Under the pieces are notes generated by a model that was not told the origin of the DNA, did not search any database, and saw nothing but the letters and a program-made list of their open reading frames with translations. A stretch of 64,000 nt of DNA, taken from the human T2T-CHM13v2.0 reference genome, Homo sapiens. Each line of letters opens with the position of its first letter. Positions within the stretch are counted from its first letter, which is position 1. Below are positions 13,577 through 27,489 of the stretch, in pieces. The position numbers were made by a program, and so were the translations under genes. Where the stretch lies: assembly GCF_009914755.1 (NCBI RefSeq), contig NC_060945.1. One strand, 5' to 3'.

Positions 13577-14092
13577 AAGGGTTTTTTCTAAGTCACCTTG
13601 TTTGCACATAGATGTGCAGTTCCAGACATCATATTCAGGAAAATAAAATGTATTTTCTTGCGTTTATTAGTTTAGGATCCATTTATTATTTTTAAGATGC
13701 TCCCAGCGGACATGTGCTTGACGAGAAGTGAACCACATGCCATGTGTGAAGGGATTAGCATAATTGTTTCAATGAAAACACCACTCTGACCAGTGGAGTG
13801 TTGAAGGGAAAAATACTTGACTACTACACATTGCTAGATCCCATGAGAGATTATATAAATTAAATATAATGTGGAAAACCTGCTCTTAAGTGCTTTATAG
13901 TTTACAGAGAGTTAAATATATATGTAGCATATGAATAACTCTGATATACCACAAGTAGATATGGCTGACGAAGTGTCTTTCACCTTGATAGGACGGCCTG
14001 TTTAGTTTAAGGCCTTACCAGTTAGGCGGGCTATCTTAACACCTGCTTGGTCCATTTAGCATAGTAGGTACTCAAGAAATACTCACCAATGT

Positions 14093-14416
<324 letters not shown>

Positions 14417-14539
14417 TTACAAATACTTGAATAAACGAAGAAAGCTCAAAAAGAATTAAAATTTTAAGGCGATAATTTTTGGGGAAAAAAACAATGTCAC
14501 CAAAATTCTTGTGTTTTTAAATTTTAAAATATTTATTTG

Positions 14540-15160
14540 AAGAAAAAGGATTATGTATATTCAGTGTACAATATGATGATTTGGTATATATCGACATTGT
14601 GATATATACATCTACATATAATGAGCATCACAATCAAATTAATATATCCAGCACCACTCATGCTATATATTGGATCCCCACAACTTATTAATCTTATATC
14701 TGAAAGTTTATACCTTTTGATCAACATTTCCCTACCTCCCTCATGCTCACAGCTTGGCAATCACTTTTCTACTCTCTGTTTCTATGAGTTTGACTTTGTA
14801 AGATTCTATATATAAGTGAGATCATACACTATCTGGTATATTCATTGTGGAAAACTTTACAGTTTCCTAGAGAAATGAAAATAAAACTATCATACAATCC
14901 AGCATTTCCATCTCTTGGTGAAATAAATATCTTGTAGAGGTTTCTGCACCTCCTTGTTTATTGCAGCATTATGCACAACAGCTAAAATATGAAAACAACT
15001 TGTATTGATCAACAGATGAATAAAGAAATTGTGAATATATTTATGTTTCATATATATGATAATGCAATGAAATGTAACAGCAATAAAAAAGTAGGAAATA
15101 CTACAATTTGCAATAACATTAATGAACCTGGAGAAAATCATGCTAAGTAAGATAAGCCAA
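14540..15160 (-). mobile_element. L1MA 3' end with inverted 5' segment (twin-priming structure)
   Basis: 14540-14835 is antisense L1MA 3' UTR (...ctctgtttctatgagtttgac...gtgagatcatacactat). 14836-15160 is sense L1 ORF2-end/3'UTR ending 'atgctaagtaagataagccaa'. Confidence 0.8.
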
Positions 15161-18100
15161 TATTATTCTTTGACATTACAGATTCTACTCTTTCATTATT
15201 TCACTCAGCCTGTGAAGTCTTATTGAGGATTATTGGACCTAGTCTTTTTTCTTCAAAGCATATATCTTTGTTCGTGATTCTGCACTTATGTGTATCTTTC
15301 CTTGATTAATCGTGGTCTCCTTTACTTGATTTCAAGTTCTGTGAAGACAGAGACTTCTCTCATTTGGTCACCAATTTAAACAAGGATATGGCTTAGTATT
15401 AGGGTATACTAAAAAGTTTATCTAATTCTATATAATGATTGAACTAATAAGTGGATTTATTAAACTAAGTTGCCTGATATTTATGACTTTTAAATATATT
15501 AATAGTGCTAGAAATAACTTTCCATTTAGTTAGGGATAACTTTTCAAATCCTAATGGAAAATCTCTTGGTGAATGCTAAATTGAAGAAAATTTTCCAATA
15601 TTTCCCTGTTAAATGTTCACTTGCTCAAGCACCTACCTAGACTCTCAGCAACAAATACAGAATATGTTCTTCTAATGAAGTTATTTGGTAACCTTGATGC
15701 TCTTCAAAATGAGAATGCATCACCTTTTTCTTGTTCAATAGCTGTGATTAATTATATAGACCATCAGCAAGAAGCTAGGCATAGGCGTACAAGTCACTAT
15801 AATACATGCCTGTCCTAACGAGTTATTTATTACAAACAACCCAAAGATGCAGCGGGGGGGCAGGCTATGATTAAATCTCAAAATAAGCTTAGGAACAAGT
15901 GCCTTAGTAGTTCAGGAAGGAGAGAGGAGATCATTCTGTCTTTCTGCAAGATGATCTGAACTGCACTCTGAAGGCTTAGCCAGTTCAGACAAGCTAAAAG
16001 GAAGGGGTGAGGGACCTTGTAGGTTGAGAGAAAGCAGTAAGGAAGAATGCTCTAAATTCATCTACTTTATGGTCTTGGAACTGATCAGCAGCCATGTTAA
16101 TTACCGTAACTCTTAAACAAAGGGTATTGCTTTGTTTTTCTTTCTCTTTCATTTCTTTCTTCTACTTCCCCTTACTTCCTTCTAATTTCACTTTTCTTCT
16201 ACTCTTTTTCTGTTTCTGTCCTATTGCTATCCTTTCCTTCCCAATATTTCTCACCCACATCCATCCTCAACACACATATTATTTTACATTATCGGAGTTA
16301 GGATGTTTGACAGCTCCCTTACTTGGCCCCAACACACACTTCTTAGTTTCTAATATAAGAAGATAAACCTCCCTCTCCCCAGTGTTTTCAGGTGACTGTG
16401 TTGGCAAGAACAAAAGTACAAAATTATGTTTAATGTTAAGGTTCTTAATTTTATGTTCATTTCTAGCTTTTTAGACTAGTGAGCACGAATGTAAATATAT
16501 CTATAGTTATTCTTGTCACCTCCTCTTTTTGTTTTATGGTTTCTTTGTTGTTTGTCTGTTTTACGTTTTATTTTGTTTTGATCATACTGTGCATTACTTT
16601 TCAGAAGTTCAACTGTCATTTTTCATTTGGGAGATCATGATAATGCATTTGAAATTCATTCAGAGTCTAGATAATTAGGCATTTTCTTTTAGTTCTAATT
16701 CTCTTTTACATGTTCTCCTTAGCATAATGATTACTTCACAGTAATATTATAGTCCTTTCGTTACTTTAATTAATGTCACATCTCAATTCTAAGTGCTTGT
16801 TTTCAGCCCAAGGGTACTAATTTCATATCTTGTTTCTTAAATTAGCCGACTATGAGCTCAGATTTCTGGTGGTTATGGTAGTCATACAGCTATTCCATTT
16901 CCCCATCAATAAGAATAAATTAGTGTTTTAATGAAGGATTTTTTGCTATTCTCTAAGGTATTTGATTTTAAAAGAATTGTAGTATTGTTTCTTGGCCTTA
17001 AGTTTATGGGAAGCAGTAATTGCTCTGCAGCTAATATATTTTTGTTATTGCTAGAATCACTCATAGTTTATAAAATGGCAGAAAATGTATACAAACTAAT
17101 TATATGTGTCTTAAAATAACTTTTACTTGATTATTATTCTGTTTAATAAGCCAATTTAGGAAATAATGCAGATTTCTTAAGGAGCTTTAAGAAGATTTGT
17201 TTATGAAGTCTTTTTTTCCTTTGATAATATTATCTAGGAACAAAAGAAAAACAAATTATCTGGAGATATCTTATTAATAGTACTTCTAAACTTTTAGGAA
17301 AAATAAGTAATTCTAAATGAAGCTTATGAAAACAGAAATTATTATTTTTATGTTTATTGCACTGAAAATTTTGAATCTTGAAACATTAATAGATAAGTGT
17401 GAATGTTTAAATAAACTCTATTGTTTGTGTTCAAGCATAACCTTTCTACTTTGTTTTCAGTTTTTGTAAAATCCCATTGTGACCTGAACCCACATTGGTC
17501 CCTAAGCACTGATACTTCTCCATTACCTCAGTGCTTGACTTCTTGTGCAGTTAGTCATGTTCATAGTAAAGCTCCACCATTGTTTGATAATTGCTTTAAT
17601 CTGCTGCTTATTTCGTTGGAAAGGTTTCCCAGTTACGTTTGTTCCTTGTATGCTGTAGAGAATGAAAGACTTTGCAAGTTTTATTAGTTTGTTAGGTAGA
17701 AGGATAATGCATTTTCTAAGTATATGGGTATTCGTTGGAATTAACAGCTTTATTAATGATTTGCAAGGATAATGACACAGATAAATTCGGAGTCCCAACA
17801 TTTTCTTTAAAATAAGAAGTTGAAAAACAAGATGATTCCACTTAACTGTTGGCAGTTGTTATATCATGACTTAAAAAAAAAATCAAGTGATTTTCAATGA
17901 AGAAGGAAATAATGTTAATTTTGGGATAGGAAACTGATTCCTTTAGTGGCACTGTAGGTGAGTTAGTGTATGTATGTGTCTATCTTTGTGTTTCTTCCTG
18001 AGGACGATTTTAAACTGATACTGGCAGCATGGGGTAGATTCGAATAGGTGACTGATTAAGCCTGCGTGTTCACAGGCGGGGGACGCTGCTTCGGCAGAGC

Positions 18101-18194
18101 CCCTGAAATGAAAAAGGAGCCTGTTTGTTTTCAAGAATGAGGATGAGTCCAGCTTGGTTCAACACAGAGAGGAAGATTACTGTGGTATTTTTAA

Positions 18195-18538
<344 letters not shown>

Positions 18539-19999
18539 ATGGATGTTTATTTGTACACTGCAAATGTCTTTACTGAGTTTATATTGTTCTTTATATCTCT
18601 GTTGGATTTCTCAGTAGTGTACTACTTCACATGATCATTATTTATAGTATATTTTTAGTGTTGCAGATTTTCATATAAAATATCTCAGAAGATTATCTTT
18701 ATGAAAGTATGAGTGATTGCATTCTGACATGTTAATTTCAATAGCTTCTTATTAGTATAGTGAATAACACAGATCATTCCTTCTTTTCTTTGTCCTTCAC
18801 TTCTTTTTGTCTTTAAACTCTTCCTTAAGAATTGCTCTTCAAAATGTATTTAATAAGACAGTACCATAATCTCTGAGTACATTAACTGATGTCAAGGAGG
18901 GACAGGATGAAATCAGTGGTCTTACTTGATATTTACTATTTGATATAAACTCCAAATAATTGAAGAAATTTTGCACCGTAATTTTAGATTCAGATGCCTA
19001 TCATAGCTGAATGTATGAATGACTTTGAATTGGGCTCTAATTATGAAGGTAAAGCTATAAGGGTTTATTCTTCCTTCTGTGTCTGTTAATCAACTAATAT
19101 GTGGCTAGACATGATCAAGGATACAAAATATTCATGATCCTTCTTTGAGGTTCAGAATCCTTATTTAAAGATAGAAGGATTCACTCTAGCCAGTTGAAGC
19201 AAAAAAGGATATATCATGAATTATAGCTTGCTCACTAAAACGTTTGGAAGTCTGATGGAAAAGGCTATATATAGGCTGAGCCTTCAGGAATTCCTGCCAG
19301 AATCATGCCGTTGAAGTGGCCCATGGATCGATCTGCTGCCTGTGTTACGATTGGGTATATGATAAATCAGGAAGCCGATACCACAGCCGAAGGCTCTAGA
19401 TCTACATTTCTTCAAAAGTGATGAGACAGGGTAAAGTGAAAAGGACAATTCATTGAGCTGAATCCAAAAGAGTTATTCTACCTGTTTCCAAGAACAACTG
19501 TTAAATGTGACAGTATGAGCTTCCGAATGAGCAGTGCATTCTGATGAGGATTTGGACTGCTGGTTTTAGAGAGAACAAAAATCGATTAATGTTATTACTA
19601 GAGGTTTGGAAATGCCTAAAAACTATGAAGTTAGATATCAAAGGCAGCAAATACTGTTAGATTAGGAAAAGAAACTAAAGTCAACCTTTTAACCAGAGGA
19701 ATTTTGTTCTTGATTGTCCATGCATAATTTGATAACTTAATATTTTAATATATGATGCCATATTTCATTATTAATTTAACCTCTTAATATAATCTGGTAA
19801 GGTGATTACTTAGAATGGCACATGGTTAAATATGGAAAAAGTGTTCCAGGCACTCCATATACTGTATAAAGCCTGAGTTTTATGAAACAATCTAGAGCCC
19901 TAATTTAGTAACAGGAAGAAGATAGTTTTGAATACTTTTTCCCATGATGCATTGTCTCATTATATTCATTGTGAATTTCCACAATAATGCTGTACAAAA

Positions 20000-20420
20000 G
20001 CTGTCTTAATAATTACTGCCATAAAACAACAACTATTTATTATTTCTCACAATTCTTTGGGTTGGCGGGGTGATTTCTTTTCATCTGAGCCCGTATTGTC
20101 TAATGTGGGCTGGGTTTGCTCAGCCATCTCCAGTTAGTTGGTGGGTTGACTGGAAGCTGGCTGGGCCATGGATGGACCTATTCAGTTCTGTTTCCTATGG
20201 CTTACGTCTTTCACCAAGGTAGCCCTGTGTTTTTATATCCAAGGCAGGGGTCAAAGAGTTTTTGGAAGCATGCAAAACCTGCTGTGTCCATCAGAACTGA
20301 GCCATTGTGACTTTGGCTGCATTCTACTAGCCTAGGCAAGTTAACAGTCATCCAGAGTTCAGAGAGAAATAAGCTACAACTCTTGACAGGAGGTTGGCAG
20401 AGCTGTGGTGCAAACTATCT
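20000..20420 (-). mobile_element. MaLR solo LTR (MLT1F/G/H-like), diverged
   Basis: 'taaaacaacaactatttattatttctcacaattctttgggttgg' ... 'attctactagcctaggcaagttaacagtcatccagagttcag...ctcttgacaggagg'. Confidence 0.6.
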
Positions 20421-20636
20421 ATTGCAGTCTCGTGTACACTTGTGAGAAACAAATCCAGCAAGGTGATTGTCCCGAATGAACCTTCCTCAGCTGACTTCTT
20501 CCTTATTGAAACAGCAACTCAATTTCAAGTAAACACATCTCATTGCAGTCTGTGTATTTTCCTTGGTAATATAATTAAACAAATATAATTAAATTTCAAA
20601 ATATTTAGTGAGAACATATGATTTGAAAATTTTGTG

Positions 20637-20960
<324 letters not shown>

Positions 20961-21269
20961 TTAAAAACACAGTAAATTATGTCTACAATTGTCGTCTGTT
21001 AATACCCATTCGATATTATCTACCTTTCCTCAGTCTAATCCCACCCCCGTGGTGAGGAATTGTAACACACTGGTTCCCGAGATCAACCTGCAATGTTGTA
21101 AGATGCTACAAATGTCTTGAAATACGTTCCTCTTCTGCCTTATTTCTTTAACAAATATGTCTGATGCGCATTGCAATTAATATATTTTGCTTTAGGAATT
21201 TGATGAGCTAGTAAATTAGAGGAGGTAATATAAATTAGGTATTTATATTAATAACCCAAACTTTTCTTT

Positions 21270-21365
21270 ATAACAACCTTATGATTTAGGTGTTACTGTT
21301 ATCCTCATTTTACAGATGATGAAGTGGAGGTACAGAAAAATAGTGCACATTTGAATTCATTCTTG
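21270..21365. mobile_element. MIR fragment
   Basis: 'tactgttatcctcattttacagatgatgaagtggaggtacaga'. Confidence 0.7.
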
Positions 21366-21370
21366 ATTGC

Positions 21371-21679
21371 TTTTTTTTTTTTTTTTTTTTTTTTTTTTTG
21401 AGACGGAGTCTCACTCTGTCGCCAGGCTACAGTGCAGTGGCATGATCTTGGCTCACTGCAAGCTCCACCTTCCGGATTCAAGACCATTCTCCTGCCTCAG
21501 CCTCCCGAGTAGCTGGGACTGTAGGCGCCCGCCAGCACGCCCAGCTAATTTTTGTATTTTTAGTAGAGACGGGGTTTCACCATGTTGGCCAGGATGGTAT
21601 CGATCTCTTGACCTCATGATCCGCCCACCTCGGCGTCCCATAATGCTGAGATTACAGGCGTGAGCCACCGCGCCCGTCC
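21371..21679 (-). mobile_element. AluSc-like, full length with TSD
   Basis: 'gtcgccagg', 'gatggtatcgatctcttgacctc'; TSD tgattgcttt at 21364 and 21680. Confidence 0.95.
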
Positions 21680-22400
21680 TGATTGCTTTCTAATAACATT
21701 CAAGTAGATTATCTTTGACAAATGTAAGGGCCATTTCAAAAATTAATCAACATGGTGGCAGACAAGGTAATGCTGACCAAACTCTTGCTGTTTTCCATAA
21801 TATTTTTAAATTATTTACAATAAAATTATAATTCATTCTTATATTTAGAATGTAACATTATGTGCAAGTGCCTGTGTGTATTGCAATGATCACACAACTT
21901 GAGTTTTGCCTGTTTAACATAACAAAGAAATATCAAGAGCATTTTTTCATCACCTGAAACAGTTTAGGATTTTCAGAAGCTGGAGTAGGCCTCTAAAATA
22001 GTAAACTTAGGTCAGCTTTCGAGGGCTACATTTGCTAATTGAAATAGTAACAATGGAAAGCAGGAACTATTGTGGAGACATGGAATCAGGGTAAAAACTT
22101 ATGCTCAGGAAAACTTTGAAACTTGAGCAAAACTCATTGTGTTCAGTTTCTGAATCATGAACCAAACCTAAGAAGTCGTTTAAAACTGAGTCATGCCATA
22201 GAAAGTTTAAGTACCTTTTTTTCTTCTCCTAGGCTCCTTTTCTTTAGTCTGTGATAGCACACCTCCAATTCTCACCCTAGTGCTATCACCATCCTAAAAC
22301 AACTAAGAATAAAACTTGCTTCTGCTTCTCTTATGAAGAGTCTCAATGAGACATGTATGTTACCATTTTTACAAATGGCAGGATATGTAAAACTAGAAGG

Positions 22401-22720
22401 CAGGGCTATGCTGGAGCCTGATTGTATCATTTTAGAAAAACTCATTGTTACATTTTCTGAAATTGTGTAAGCTGATTGTTAAACACAGCCATTACTAAAA
22501 ATTAAATTATATAAGCCAGAAATATAAGCTAAATTAAAAGCAAAGGTAATAAATGCTCAAAACTCACCAGTTTCTAAGTGTTTTATTACATATACTATTA
22601 CCTATATTCTGTAGTTGTCTTATGTCTATTGTACATGTCTGCATATGATAGAAATACTATGTAACTCCGTATTACTGTGCATTTTTTGAATACCACATTC
22701 AGTAATGTCACATTAGTGGC
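22401..22720. mobile_element. MER63-like hAT DNA transposon fragment
   Basis: 'tgctggagcc...gattgttaaacacagccattactaaaattaaattatataa...aaaggtaataaatgctcaaaactcac' matches recalled MER63. Confidence 0.7.
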
Positions 22721-22883
22721 TGGTGTGCCATTTTTGTGTGAGAACTATCATGAAATTTTTTCCAAATGAATACTCATCATTTCTTCGTAAAGAATATTTA
22801 TTCAACTGTATCATACCCCTGATGTGAGATCTAGTTCATCTAACTGCTTCTTGGAAACAGTTTTGAAATTTCAGGGTGGGGAG

Positions 22884-23400
22884 ATAATATTTTACATATA
22901 TATGTAATATATAATATTTTACATATATATGTAATATATAATATTTTACATATATATGTAATATATAATATTTTACATATATATGTAATATATAATATTT
23001 TACATATATATGTAATATATAATATATTACATATATTCATACATATGTAATATATAATGTATTACATATATAGAGACAGATATATATATCTATATATAGA
23101 TATATATGTAATATATAATATTTTACATATATAATATGTAATATATAATATATTACATATAATATGTAATATATAATATATTACATATAATATGTAATAT
23201 ATAATATATTACATATATAATATGTAATATATAAAATATATATTACATATATACATATATAATATGCATATAAAACATAATATACATATTTATTAAATAT
23301 ATAAATATATAATATGTTATATATAATATATAATATTTTACGTGTATATATAGAGATATATATATCTATATATAGAGATATATATGTAATAATATTTTAC

Positions 23401-23434
<34 letters not shown>
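22884..23434. repeat. AT-rich minisatellite (27-bp unit x5, then degenerate) ending in (TA)n(GA)n
   Basis: Unit ataatattttacatatatatgtaatat repeated perfectly 22884-23018; it translates as the (ICKILYITY)n ORF. Confidence 0.97.
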
Positions 23435-23435
<1 letters not shown>

Positions 23436-23939
23436 TTGAGGTTTTCCAGGAAAAGTAGAAACCACATATTCTTTTTTTTCAAACAAACCTACTTTTCAAA
23501 ATTGTTAAAATTGAATGGATTTAATGCAGCGCAATAGTCTCTGAATTGAAACTGAATGAACTTCATTTTCCATTCATTTTCAGATTTCATGGGAAGAAAT
23601 GATGGAAAGTTAAGCAAATAACTCATTCCTTTCTTCACTAGTGTATGTAATTTAACCAACCAAAATTATCTGCAAAACTGTTGCTTTAGTATTTATTCCA
23701 TTTAAGCCAGAGAATTACTAAGCCTGTTCAAATTTTGTAATGTTTGTCTAACACGCGCATGAAAACTGGCTACATCCAGTAATGTTTCCTAGTAAAGATG
23801 CTCTATTAGTCTTATTTCTCAAGTTGTTCTTCTTAGAAACATAAAGAAATACTTGCTTTTGACAGAGTTTAGTGAGGGATCATTTCCGGGGTAGGAGCCA
23901 TGAGACCAGATCTGACTTCCATTTCCGATACTATCATGG

Positions 23940-23944
<5 letters not shown>

Positions 23945-23973
<29 letters not shown>
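23945..23973 (+). repeat. Pure poly(A)29 tract
   Basis: 29 uninterrupted A with no adjacent Alu or L1 body recognised. Confidence 0.95.
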
Positions 23974-23975
<2 letters not shown>

Positions 23976-25024
23976 GCAGAAAAAGTGTATTTGAATTAGC
24001 GTAACCTAGTGAAAACATTTTTTAAATTAGTATGGTCCACTTCTCAGATTTTGTAACATGGTGAAATACATCCAAACAAATTTTTTTTTGGTAAAGCTAA
24101 ACATACACATCCATACATATGCACAGGTATGTACATTCAGTTTAGATAGAGAAAATGTCTTCTAACTTTCGATGTATTTGTTTATATTCCTGTCACTGTA
24201 ACATAATAACCATAGTATCAACATATTATTAATTATTTTGAATACCAACCCCATTTCTCTACCTATTTGTGTTTGTGTGTATTCTAATTGTATGTGTGTG
24301 CAGATTGTGAAATATCATATATTTGATATATTTGTTGAAGCACACTTAATAAAATCTAATAATGCAAGTGAAATTTCAACAGAAGCTTCTGTGAAAAGAG
24401 GAGCTAATCTTATGTTTTGTGAAAAGTAATGACCTCAAACACAGAAACTGATAATCAAATAAAATATCAGTGTGTTTGATTAGCTGTAATGTTGAAAAAA
24501 TCCAAGATAATTTCTCATACACAGTTATACTTCTGAAACTGTCATACGTGTGTATTATGAAAGGTCATTGTCATTTTTTTGTAAGTTAAAAAACGTTGAT
24601 GCTAAGTAGATAAACTACACAGCAAAGTGACGCTTTTACCTTCTAGGAGAAAAAGGTAGAAGTTAAAAAAACTGCATCTAAATTTTACTCTCTCATCTAC
24701 TTCCCTCATAAGAACTTTCAGAAATAACTGATGCATATACATTTTACCATGTTATTTCATTATATTTTTCATTATTAAAAAAGAATAAGAATCTGTCATA
24801 ATGTAACTATATTAAATTTATTCTATTTACATGACGGTTTTATTTGTAAGTAGTTTTTTAGATAATCCTTAAATACATTATTTAAGCATAAAATGAACAC
24901 TGTAATATATATTTAGAAACTAAATATCAAGAAATACATTTCCAAATGTATTTCTTGATACATTACATTTCAGTTTTTCTCTGAAACGAAAAACTGAAAT
25001 GGAACATTTGCAAGTATAGTCAAT

Positions 25025-25550
25025 AAATTTATTTATTTTATTTTTTGATACGAAATAATTGTACGTACTTATGCAGTACATTGATATTTTGATACATGCA
25101 TAAAATGTGTAACGATCAAACCAGAGTAACTGGTTATCTATCATCTCAAACATTATTTATTTATTTGTTTTGGGAATATTCCAGATCTTCTCTTCTAGCT
25201 GTTTTGAAATCTACTATAATTTCTCTGTAACTATAGTAGCCTTATTGTGCTATCGAACACTAGAACTTGTTTTATGTAAATATATTAATATTTTTATACT
25301 CATTAACCAACCTCTCTTCATTCTGCCTCCCTCACCTTCTCAGCCTCTGATAATCACTATTCTACTCTCTACCTTTATGAAATCAACATTTTTTAGATTC
25401 TACATATGAGTAAGATGATGTGATATTTGTGTTGCTGTGCTTGGCATATTTCATTGAACACAACGTCTTCTAGTTCCATCTATGTTGCTGCAAATGACAG
25501 GTTTTATTTTTATGACGAATATTTCATTGTGTATATATACGTATATACAC
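25025..25550 (-). mobile_element. L1MA 3' end
   Basis: 'ttttgatac...aataattgtacgtacttatg...gatacatgcataaaatgtgtaacgatcaaaccagagtaactgg...ttccatctatgttgctgcaaatgacagg'. Confidence 0.88.
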
Positions 25551-27159
25551 AAACTATTTTTTCTATATTTATGTCTCTAAATATATACATTTAAATTTAA
25601 ATATACGTTTAGCTTCCTTAAATAACACACAATTATATTAACTAGAAACCTGGCTGACGCCCAGCTCATTGATGAGACCTGCAGTTTGTGATGGCCAGCA
25701 TGTCACACTTGCCACCCATTGTTACTACCTACCATTTTCCCTTTGTATTTTTTTTTAAAGAATAAATCAATAAAAAGCAAGAACTGTATGTAGGAAAGGA
25801 AATATTACATATTACATCTGGGTGTGAATTTTAAGGAAGGTGCAATCCAACAGAAAATATACTCTAGGTAGGGGACTGTAGTTCATATTGTGTTAGCTTG
25901 TTTGTGGTGGTTGTTAGTTGGTCAAAGAACAAATATAGAGTGAATGAGATTTGTGAGGGGTTTTTTTTTTCTTTTAAGCAAAGCATCACTGGAATAAGAT
26001 AAAGTCTCTCTTTACTTTGGTATTAAAATGGATGCATGCCTGGTATTCACAGGAAATTTGTCTAAGGGTTGTACATGTCACCTTGACTTTCAACTTAGCA
26101 TCTGATAGGAGAACTTTATTGGCATACAAATGAGCAGAGAGGGTGACTGATGTAGTGAACTCTGCATTTTGCTTGTACTGAAAAGATTAAGATCTTTCCT
26201 TAATTGAGAATTAAGACAACTAATGAAAAAGAGCAAAAATCATAATTGAGCATTTTATATTACTGTGCCCAAAAGTTGGAATTTATAGATCCTGTAGAAA
26301 CAAAGTAAAAGTAGTGTCGAATAATGATTTATTGATCTTCTGTGTAAGTCATTTAATTTGATTCTGAGTGAAATATAAAGTAAAATCTACAAATAAAATA
26401 TAAAATAATTGGGCTTTGTAAGGCAAGAAAAGAAAAATGAGTTGAAAAGCATATGTGAAGAGTTAAGAAATTATTTGACGTCAGATAATAAAACAAAAGA
26501 TCAATGCTTAAATTAAATCTACCTTGGAAATGGCAAAAATATAATTATTACTATACAAAATCAAATCAGAATTGTAGCAGAAACATTAGAAGACATCAGA
26601 AAATAATCTTAGAGGGATTAAAGCCAATTTATTAGAAGATATTGTGGGGACCAATGTAAAAACATCCAAAGAATGAATGAGCAGAAATGAGTTAAAACGA
26701 CAGCAAACAAATTTGACAGCCAAGAACAACAAATATTATCAAATTTTAAATTATTTTATGAACTGCTTATTAAGAGCTATCATTAAGTTTTCAGGTAAAC
26801 AAATTTTAAAACGTATAAATTTGCATGTAGATACTGTGGCAAGTTTATTGATCATATTAGTCTTTATAATGTGAAAACTTTTAAGTCTTTAAAAATAGAC
26901 TGAAAATTTATATCAGATACTGTACAGACTTACCTTTATCAAACACTTCTTTTACTTTTAAAAATGTATTTAATTCACAAATGAAGATTGACTATATTTG
27001 AAGTGTTAGAACTTAATGATTTAATCATTGTATTATGATTACCACAGTCAACACATCCAAATGTCTTATTAATTTAATTATAGCAAATAAAAGAAGGTTA
27101 AAGTAATGACTCAACTAGTCTTACTAGATTTTTAAGTTGCTTGCAAATTCTGTTGTAGA

Positions 27160-27489
27160 ATATTGTCTATTTTCTACTGCCAGCTGCTATATCACGTGGG
27201 CTTCTATATCAAAAATGCTGCAAACTGGATGGGTTATATACAACAGAAATTTATCTCCAGTCTCCTGGAGACTGGAAAATTCATCATCAAGGCACCAGTA
27301 GATTCAGCGTCTGGTGAGGGCTGGCGATTTGGTTTTTAGATGGCATTCTCACTTTTTCTTCACGTAGTTGGTGCTAGCTAGCTCACTGTCGCCTCTTTTG
27401 TCGCTGTTGCCACCTTTTAATACTATCATGTGGGGGATTAGGTTTCAATATATGAATTTTAGAGGAGCGCAAGCATTCAGTCCATAGCA
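27160..27489 (-). mobile_element. MaLR solo LTR (MSTD/MLT1A-like)
   Basis: 'caacagaaatttat...ctggagactggaaaattcatcatcaaggcaccagtagattcagcgtctggtgaggg...ggattaggtttcaatatatgaatttt...cattcagtccatagca'. Confidence 0.8.

Noticed and set aside
22840-23040. (ICKILYITY)n repeat protein ORF
   Set aside because: Translation artefact of the 27-bp AT-rich minisatellite.
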